A stretch of DNA of 64,000 nt, taken from assembly GCA_965541585.1 (NCBI GenBank), contig CBEUCH010000006.1, positions 96,001 to 160,000 of the forward strand. The letters are read 5' to 3'. The notes below the pieces were generated by a model that was given only the letters and a program-made list of their open reading frames with translations, was not told where the DNA came from and made no database searches. Positions 57,560-64,000 of this stretch are shown here, one piece after another. The first letter of the stretch is position 1. Each line of letters opens with the position of its first letter. Both the position numbers and the translations under genes were made by a program. Source of the DNA: an uncultured bacterium (GTDB taxonomy: Bacteria; Zixibacteria; MSB-5A5; UBA10806).

Positions 57560-59518
57560 TCAGTCTTCCTCGTATTTTGCTTTCAAGGAGTCTATCACGG
57601 TGGGATCGGCCAGTGTAGCTATATTTCCCAATGCGGAACCGTCGGCGATGTCGCGCAAGAGCCTTCGCATTATTTTTCCGGAGCGAGTTTTGGGAAGATC
57701 GGCGGTGAAGATAATTTTCTCGGGCACTGCAAATTTGCCTATCTTCGTTTTGATCCATTCCGCAAGCTCATTTTCCAGTTCATCGTGCATCTCTACCCCG
57801 TCACACAGCGTAACGAATGCCGCCAGCGCCTGGCCCTTGATTTCATGTTTTATCCCGATTACCGCTGATTCCGAAACCGCCTTATGTTCAACGAAAGCGC
57901 TCTCAAGCTCAGCAGTACCGATTCTGTGCCCGGATACGTTAACAACATCATCGACACGTCCGAGTATCCAGAAATAGCCATCCTTATCTTTCTTGGCGCC
58001 GTCGCCGGGAAAATAAATGCCGTCCCATTTGGACCAGTAAGTTTGCCTGTATCGGTCGGGATCACCATAGATCCCCCGAAGCATTCCGGGCCAGGGTTTC
58101 ATGATGGCCAGTAAGCCGGCGTCTGCCGGTTGGCCGTCCTCGGTTAATACATCAGCCTCAATTCCGAAGAAAGGCAGAGTTGCGCTGCCCGGCTTGGTCG
58201 TGATACAGCCCGGCAGTGGCGTAATCATGATACCACCGGTTTCAGTTTGCCACCAGGTATCAACGATTGGGCATTTTTCACCACCTATATTCTCGTGATA
58301 CCATATCCAGGCCTCCGGATTTATGGGTTCTCCCACGGTTCCCAGAAGCCGAAGCGAACCGAGGTCGAATTTTTGCGGCCACTTACTGCCCCACTTCATA
58401 AAAGTCCGGATTGCAGTAGGGGCTGTATAAAAAACATTGACTCCATATTTCTCGATCAAATTCCAGAACCGCCCTCGATCCGGCCAGTCCGGAGTGCCTT
58501 CATACATTACGCAGGTTGCGCCGTTGGCAAGCGGCCCATAGACCAGATAGCTGTGCCCGGTAACCCAGCCGATATCGGCAGTGCACCAGAAAACGTCCTC
58601 AGGCTTAATATCAAAAACAAATTTCATAGTTAGATAAGTGTAGACCATATAGCCGCCCGTAGTATGGATGATTCCCTTGGGTTTGCCGGTGGTCCCGCTG
58701 GTATAAAGCAAGAACAGCATATCCTCGCTGTCCATTTCTTCAGCCGGACAGGTCATCGAGACGCCATCGACGATACTATGATACCAGTGGTCGCGTCCCT
58801 CTTTTATATGACATGGAAAGGTGCTGTGATCCGATCTGCGAACAACCACGACATCGCTGACGCAGTCGCAATCGGCTATGGCCTCGTCGACAATATTTTT
58901 CAATGGCAAGACCTTTCCCCGTCGCCAGCCTCCATCCGACGTGATGATGATTTTTGCCTGGGAATCCAAGACCCGGTCACGAATAGACTCGGCGGAAAAA
59001 CCGGCGAAAATTACCGAATGTACGAGCCCCAGTCGAGCGCAGGCCAGCATACTGATAACGAGCTCGGGTATCATGGGCAGATATATTGCAACCCTGTCCC
59101 CTCTCTTGACTCCAAGGCCCTTCAAGGCGTTTGCAAAGCGATTTACTTCGCGGGCCAGATCCCAATAGGTCAGCACTCGCTGATCGCCGGGCTCGCCCTC
59201 CCAGATTAAGGCGGCTTTATTGCGAATGGATGATTGTAGATGCCTGTCAAGGCAATTATATGCGATATTGGTCTTACCATTTTCGAACCATTTGTAAAAA
59301 ACTCCATCGTCAACATTCAGAACTTTATCCCATCTGGAAAACCAGTGAAGCTCCTCGGCTATCTCTCCCCAGAATTTCTCGGGATTTTCGATGCTGTGGC
59401 GATAGAGTTTCATATATTCATCGAAAGTTTTCATATGACTTTTCCGTCTGAATTCATCCGACGGCTCAAACCGTCTGGTTTCATCAGATACGGTTACGAG
59501 ATTGCCGGTGTCTGCCAT
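57560..59518 (-). CDS. acs: acetyl-CoA synthetase
   Basis: YTSGTTGKPKG, DTWWQTETG, PKTRSGKIMRR. Confidence 0.97.
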   Translation of the reverse strand: MADTGNLVTVSDETRRFEPSDEFRRKSHMKTFDEYMKLYRHSIENPEKFWGEIAEELHWFSRWDKVLNVDDGVFYKWFENGKTNIAYNCLDRHLQSSIRNKAALIWEGEPGDQRVLTYWDLAREVNRFANALKGLGVKRGDRVAIYLPMIPELVISMLACARLGLVHSVIFAGFSAESIRDRVLDSQAKIIITSDGGWRRGKVLPLKNIVDEAIADCDCVSDVVVVRRSDHSTFPCHIKEGRDHWYHSIVDGVSMTCPAEEMDSEDMLFLLYTSGTTGKPKGIIHTTGGYMVYTYLTMKFVFDIKPEDVFWCTADIGWVTGHSYLVYGPLANGATCVMYEGTPDWPDRGRFWNLIEKYGVNVFYTAPTAIRTFMKWGSKWPQKFDLGSLRLLGTVGEPINPEAWIWYHENIGGEKCPIVDTWWQTETGGIMITPLPGCITTKPGSATLPFFGIEADVLTEDGQPADAGLLAIMKPWPGMLRGIYGDPDRYRQTYWSKWDGIYFPGDGAKKDKDGYFWILGRVDDVVNVSGHRIGTAELESAFVEHKAVSESAVIGIKHEIKGQALAAFVTLCDGVEMHDELENELAEWIKTKIGKFAVPEKIIFTADLPKTRSGKIMRRLLRDIADGSALGNIATLADPTVIDSLKAKYEED

Positions 59519-59719
59519 GGCCTTCCTCTCCTCTCGTAGAGCAGCCATAATATTTATAGCGAAAATAAGTTACACTCAACTGCTCATATCGACAATTTAA
59601 AAATATTACTTATACTTAGCAACAGATTTTATTGCCGGACAAAAGACCGGGACGCGTCGATGTAATTTTGCCGGCAGAGTGCTGTCTGTTTATAATTCCG
59701 GGAACAGCGCTGAATGCCT

Positions 59720-61711
59720 TTACCTCTTTCCCTTTAAATGCCTGTCAAACCATTTCAGAATCCATTCCAAGCGCACCATTCGTCTATCGGGACGGCCGCA
59801 ACGTGAGAGGCCATGCGGCTCGCCGGGAAAACGGATCATCTCGACTTTCCGTTTCAGCTTTTTGAGCGATACGAATAGCTGCTCGGCCTGCTCGATGGGG
59901 CATCGCAGATCCTGTTCGGAGTGAATAATAAGAAGAGGGGTCTTGATTTTGGCTACATGTTTTATGGGAGACATCTCCCACCAGCTATCGAGATTTTTCC
60001 AGGGAGAACCTTTTATCTCGCGGTCTATATCGAAACCGAAATCGGATGATCCGTAAAACGAGACGAAGTTGGTAACCGATCGCTGGGTCACCGCTGCCTT
60101 GAATAGATCGGTATGCGTGATGATCCAGTTGGTCATATAGCCGCCGTAACTGCCTCCTGTCACACCCATCCTTTTTTTGTCTATGTATTTTTGCGATGCC
60201 ATGTGGTGTGCCAGCGACATGCAATCTTCATAGTCAAATTGTCCCCAGGCGTTGATTATTACCTCGGCGTGCTTTTTTCCGTAGCCCTGTCCTCCGCGAG
60301 GATTACCGTAATAAACCACGTATCCCCTGGCGGCCAGATACTGCATCTCGTGGAAAAATGTATAGCCGTACTGCACCGTGGGACCGCCGTGTATCTGCAG
60401 GATGGACGGATACTTCTTTTTCGTAGAGAAATTCGGCGGTTTGATAATCCAGGCGTGAATCGGATAGTTGTCGTGGCCGCGGACGATCATCTCCTCGGGC
60501 TTTTGAACATTCAGATCTTTAAAGAGCTTATCATTAAGGCGGGTCAATCGTTTCGGTTTTGAGTTTCCGGATGTATCGGATATGAATATCTCGGCCGGGG
60601 TTGTCCATCCGGAGATGGTCGAGACGATGTATTTTTTTCGCCCGGCAAGAGAAAACGCGGTCACGTGCAGTTTTCCGCCGATAACTCTCGATAAACGCCT
60701 CCCCGATGATCTCACCTTATAAAGTCGGGTGGCGCCATTCTCGGAGACCTGGAAATAAATCTCTTTCCCATTGGCAGACCAAATCGGTGCTTGAGCCCAA
60801 TGAACTTCCGCGGTATCGGAGATAGTAAGATCCATCGCCATTCTGTCCAATTTTGAGATCAGATCTACCGCTTTGCCGCCCTTGACCGATATTTTCCAGA
60901 TATGTTCGTTCTCTATACCCCAGGCGCCCTGCGGCTTATCGTTGCCGATGAACGCGATTTCCTTACCGTCGGGGGAGGCCGACATCGCCTCCACCGGACC
61001 TTCGGGTTTTTTGAGTTTTCGAGGTGTTCCTCCATTCGCAGAAACCACGAAAATATCGTCTTTCATGGTTTCTACATCGGGATGACGCTGAACATTGGTG
61101 ATATAGGCGATTTTCTTGCCGTCGCCGAGCCAGACCGGTCCCCGTTCCCCATTCTTGCCACCGCTAATCCGGGTTCCTTTGCCGTTCTCCATATCATAAA
61201 CATAGACATGCCCGCGATCCTGCGGAAAGAAACCGGCATTATCGAGCTTATAGAATAACCTTGTGATGTGACGGAACACCGGTTCCTCTTTTTTCCCGTG
61301 CCTGTCCTTGGGAACCTCGTCGTTCTTCGCAAAAACACAGAGAATTTTCTTGCTATCGGGCGATACTGAGATATCGGAATACGACCCGTCATTGCCGACC
61401 AATAGCTTCGCTTCACCTCCGGATGTCGGCATCTTGTAGATGCCCTTTTTTTCTCCCCGTTTGGATATGAACACGATCCAGTTACCGTCGGGGGAGAAAA
61501 CAGGGTTTGAGTCTTTGACATCGCCGAACGTGTACTGCCTGAGATCCGTGCCATCGGCATTCACCATAAATATATGCGAGTAGTAATCTTTTTTGTCCTT
61601 CGCTACAACTTCCATGGTGAACATGATTTTGGATTCGTCCGGTGAGATCACTACGGTCCGCACGAACTTCATTCTTAACAGGTCTTCGGCTGTGATTTTC
61701 TTATTTTTCAT
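59720..61711 (-). CDS. S9 family peptidase (acylaminoacyl-peptidase-like)
   Basis: WD40/PD40-type propeller; IHGGP, GGSYGG, D.RCP, EPH. Confidence 0.95.
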   Translation of the reverse strand: MKNKKITAEDLLRMKFVRTVVISPDESKIMFTMEVVAKDKKDYYSHIFMVNADGTDLRQYTFGDVKDSNPVFSPDGNWIVFISKRGEKKGIYKMPTSGGEAKLLVGNDGSYSDISVSPDSKKILCVFAKNDEVPKDRHGKKEEPVFRHITRLFYKLDNAGFFPQDRGHVYVYDMENGKGTRISGGKNGERGPVWLGDGKKIAYITNVQRHPDVETMKDDIFVVSANGGTPRKLKKPEGPVEAMSASPDGKEIAFIGNDKPQGAWGIENEHIWKISVKGGKAVDLISKLDRMAMDLTISDTAEVHWAQAPIWSANGKEIYFQVSENGATRLYKVRSSGRRLSRVIGGKLHVTAFSLAGRKKYIVSTISGWTTPAEIFISDTSGNSKPKRLTRLNDKLFKDLNVQKPEEMIVRGHDNYPIHAWIIKPPNFSTKKKYPSILQIHGGPTVQYGYTFFHEMQYLAARGYVVYYGNPRGGQGYGKKHAEVIINAWGQFDYEDCMSLAHHMASQKYIDKKRMGVTGGSYGGYMTNWIITHTDLFKAAVTQRSVTNFVSFYGSSDFGFDIDREIKGSPWKNLDSWWEMSPIKHVAKIKTPLLIIHSEQDLRCPIEQAEQLFVSLKKLKRKVEMIRFPGEPHGLSRCGRPDRRMVRLEWILKWFDRHLKGKR

Positions 61712-61990
61712 CACTGCTCCTTGAAAGGCTCGAAACAACGAATTCTTTTTACTCAACTTCTCTATCCTATAGCCGTGGCTTGAAAAAAGCAAGCAAAGAG
61801 TCGCCGTACCAATTAGCGTCCTGCCTGAACATCGTTATAGTCATCGCTTTTTGCGGACAAAATTACGGCTTGAAACGGCCATCAGCATTAGTTAGATTCT
61901 GCGGACTATTTTGTGAGATTGACTCTCAAGTTTCCCGGCGGGGTTCGGAATGCGAGTAAGTCTAAAATCGACAGGTAAAGGATTCTAATA

Positions 61991-62887
61991 ATGAGCACAC
62001 AAATTCCCTACCTTGGCCAGGCCTTCGCTCTCCTTGCAGCCGTGGTCTGGGCATTCGCAGTCATCCTGTTCAAGAAAAGCGGCGAGACGGTTCATCCCAT
62101 CGCTCTGAACTTTTTCAAAAGCATTCTGGCCCTGGTTCTGCTGATTCCCACCATATTTCTCTTTGGAGAACCGGTCAGGGGATTATTCTCTACAAATGAG
62201 TATCTGCTTTTGCTTGCCAGCGGCGCCCTGGGTATAGGGCTTGCCGACACCTTCTTTTTTAAAAGCCTCAACCTTTTGGGAGCAGGGCTGTCGGCAATAG
62301 TCGATTGCCTCTACAGCCCCTTTATTATCGGGCTTTCGGTACTATGGCTGGCGGAGACTCTGAATCTGCTTCAGGTCGCCGGAGTGATAATGATTATCTC
62401 TGCAGTCCTGACCATACGCAAGGCGAATGATAAAGGGAGGATCAGCCGTCATGACCTGCTGTGGGGAATTTTCTGGGGCGTCATGGCCATGGCCACCATG
62501 GCGGTCGGGATCGTAATGATAAAACCACTCCTGAACCGATCCCCTCTACTCTGGTTGACGGAAGTCAGAGTCATGGGGGGAGTGGCCACATTAGCTCTCG
62601 TGTTGCTGTTTCACCCGGGGAGACGCGAAATTGCCACGCCGCATTTAACCTCGCGTGGCTGGATGTATTTGATCTCCAGTTCATTCCTGGGAGCCTATCT
62701 GGCTATGATCGTCTGGCTGGCGGGGATGAAATTCACCATGGCGTCGATCGCCGCGGCGTTGAACCAGACCAGCAATATTTTTATCTTCATCTTCGCCGCT
62801 ATTTTCTTAAAAGAACCGATCACGCCCAAGCGTACAGCGGGGATCATTCTGGGGGTCGCCGGCGCCTTTTTGGTTACGTTCGGTTAG
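61991..62887 (+). CDS. DMT/EamA family transporter
   Basis: About 10 TMs in two repeats; IFLKEPIT. Confidence 0.92.
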   Translation: MSTQIPYLGQAFALLAAVVWAFAVILFKKSGETVHPIALNFFKSILALVLLIPTIFLFGEPVRGLFSTNEYLLLLASGALGIGLADTFFFKSLNLLGAGLSAIVDCLYSPFIIGLSVLWLAETLNLLQVAGVIMIISAVLTIRKANDKGRISRHDLLWGIFWGVMAMATMAVGIVMIKPLLNRSPLLWLTEVRVMGGVATLALVLLFHPGRREIATPHLTSRGWMYLISSSFLGAYLAMIVWLAGMKFTMASIAAALNQTSNIFIFIFAAIFLKEPITPKRTAGIILGVAGAFLVTFG

Positions 62888-63018
62888 TGTAGCGTTGAAT
62901 AAGGAGAGAGAAAATTCTATTGATTTACCCGGGTCGATGTCTGTAATTTATATCAAATGCCGCATCTTGGGAATGTTAAGCCTGAGTGTGCAATCGATCC
63001 AATGTATTGAGAATTCAG

Positions 63019-64000
63019 ATGATCTCTATTAAAATACTTGCAAGGACAATTCCCGTAAATTGTATAATGCCGATTTTCATCTGCATAAGTTTAACGGGTG
63101 CGTCAAAATCCTTATCTGCATCTGAGGACACGATCTCCGTTGACACCCCGGCATTTGAAAAGAGAAGTTTATCGATATTGCCGATAATATTCTATTCACC
63201 TCAAACGAAACTCGCAGCCGGCGTTTTGCCTACATATATATATCGTAGCTCTGCGGAGAGCAGGCCATCCAGCGTAACATTTCCCGCATACTATACACTT
63301 AATAAGCAGATATCAATCTCGATAGAACCTCAAGTTTATTACAGGAACGGCCAGTATCGGTTGTCCGGCCTGTTGTATTATCAGAAATGGCCGGACCTGT
63401 TCTATGGCCTGGGGAATGCAACGTCGGTTGACGATGAAGAGGAATACACCACCAGGTCAGCCGGAGGGTCGATGCATTTACAGAGGCGTTTCGGATCGAG
63501 TTTATATTTCGGTGTTATAGGCGAATTGTCACATAGTGAACTTATTGAGATCGAGGACGAAGGGATTCTGGCCGGCGGTGCTGTAACGGGCGCGGAGACC
63601 GGCACGGTCAGCGGCGCTGGAGTCTCGATAAGCTGGGATAGCAGGGATAATATTTTCTTTCCAGGGAACGGAAGCTACCATGTTGTCTCCGCCGCCTCTT
63701 ACGGCAGCGTTCTGGGCGGCGATTATTTTTATAACGGATTTACTGTCGATCTGCGACAATATGCGGCACTCGATTCCAATAAGATCATCGCGGTCCAGGC
63801 ATACGGAAGCTTTACCGACGGTGATCCGCCTTTTGGATGGTTGCCCCGGCTCGGCGGAATAATTCGAGGATACTATCCCTTGAGATACATTGATAGAAGT
63901 CTGCTGGCCTTCCAGGTGGAATACCGGATGCACCCGGTGTGGAGGAGATTTGGTATAATAGGTTTTGCCGGGATAGGAGCGGTAGCCGATGGATTGTCGG
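63019..64000 (+). CDS. Omp85/BamA-TamA-like outer-membrane protein, truncated by the window end (absent from the ORF track)
   Basis: Open frame from ATG 63019: LPIIFYSPQTKLAAG, FYGLGN, WDSRDNIFFPGNG, IRGYYPLRYIDR..EYR. Confidence 0.85.
   Translation, partial: MISIKILARTIPVNCIMPIFICISLTGASKSLSASEDTISVDTPAFEKRSLSILPIIFYSPQTKLAAGVLPTYIYRSSAESRPSSVTFPAYYTLNKQISISIEPQVYYRNGQYRLSGLLYYQKWPDLFYGLGNATSVDDEEEYTTRSAGGSMHLQRRFGSSLYFGVIGELSHSELIEIEDEGILAGGAVTGAETGTVSGAGVSISWDSRDNIFFPGNGSYHVVSAASYGSVLGGDYFYNGFTVDLRQYAALDSNKIIAVQAYGSFTDGDPPFGWLPRLGGIIRGYYPLRYIDRSLLAFQVEYRMHPVWRRFGIIGFAGIGAVADGLS

Noticed and set aside
1..64000. CRISPR array, integrase, transposase or prophage genes
   Set aside because: I found no regularly spaced repeats or recognisable mobility motifs. 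The only repeats seen are inside coding sequences.

Overview
A gene-dense, roughly 50% GC bacterial chromosome segment. Its gene content (group II GGGP synthase, DUF3098, stand-alone GlmU N-terminal domain, SprE/PorW-like TPR lipoprotein, large multiheme c/b cytochromes) suggests an anaerobic diderm of the FCB group, possibly Zixibacteria-like; this placement is inference. From left to right: the 5' end of a tRNA, a Wzx-type glycan cluster co-oriented with gmhA, a GGGP synthase and alaS, housekeeping genes (rho, rsfS, panD, pyrK/D/F, glnA, wecB, acs), a four-gene uncharacterised membrane operon (FN3-DUF6754-like), a TPR/TonB-C lipoprotein with a 108-bp tandem repeat, and tandem 11-heme and 19-heme cytochrome c/b fusions. 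Two AT-richer modules look like toxin-antitoxin or defence systems: TIGR04255 + 58-aa acidic ORF + MazF-like protein, and PRTase + DprA-like. Other oddities are a Fur-box-controlled structured leader or sRNA, two genes that need non-canonical start codons, and three intact but catalytically degenerate enzymes. I saw no CRISPR array, integrase or transposase. All family calls come from motif recognition by eye, not database searches. GC values are hand counts of sample 60-nt lines.
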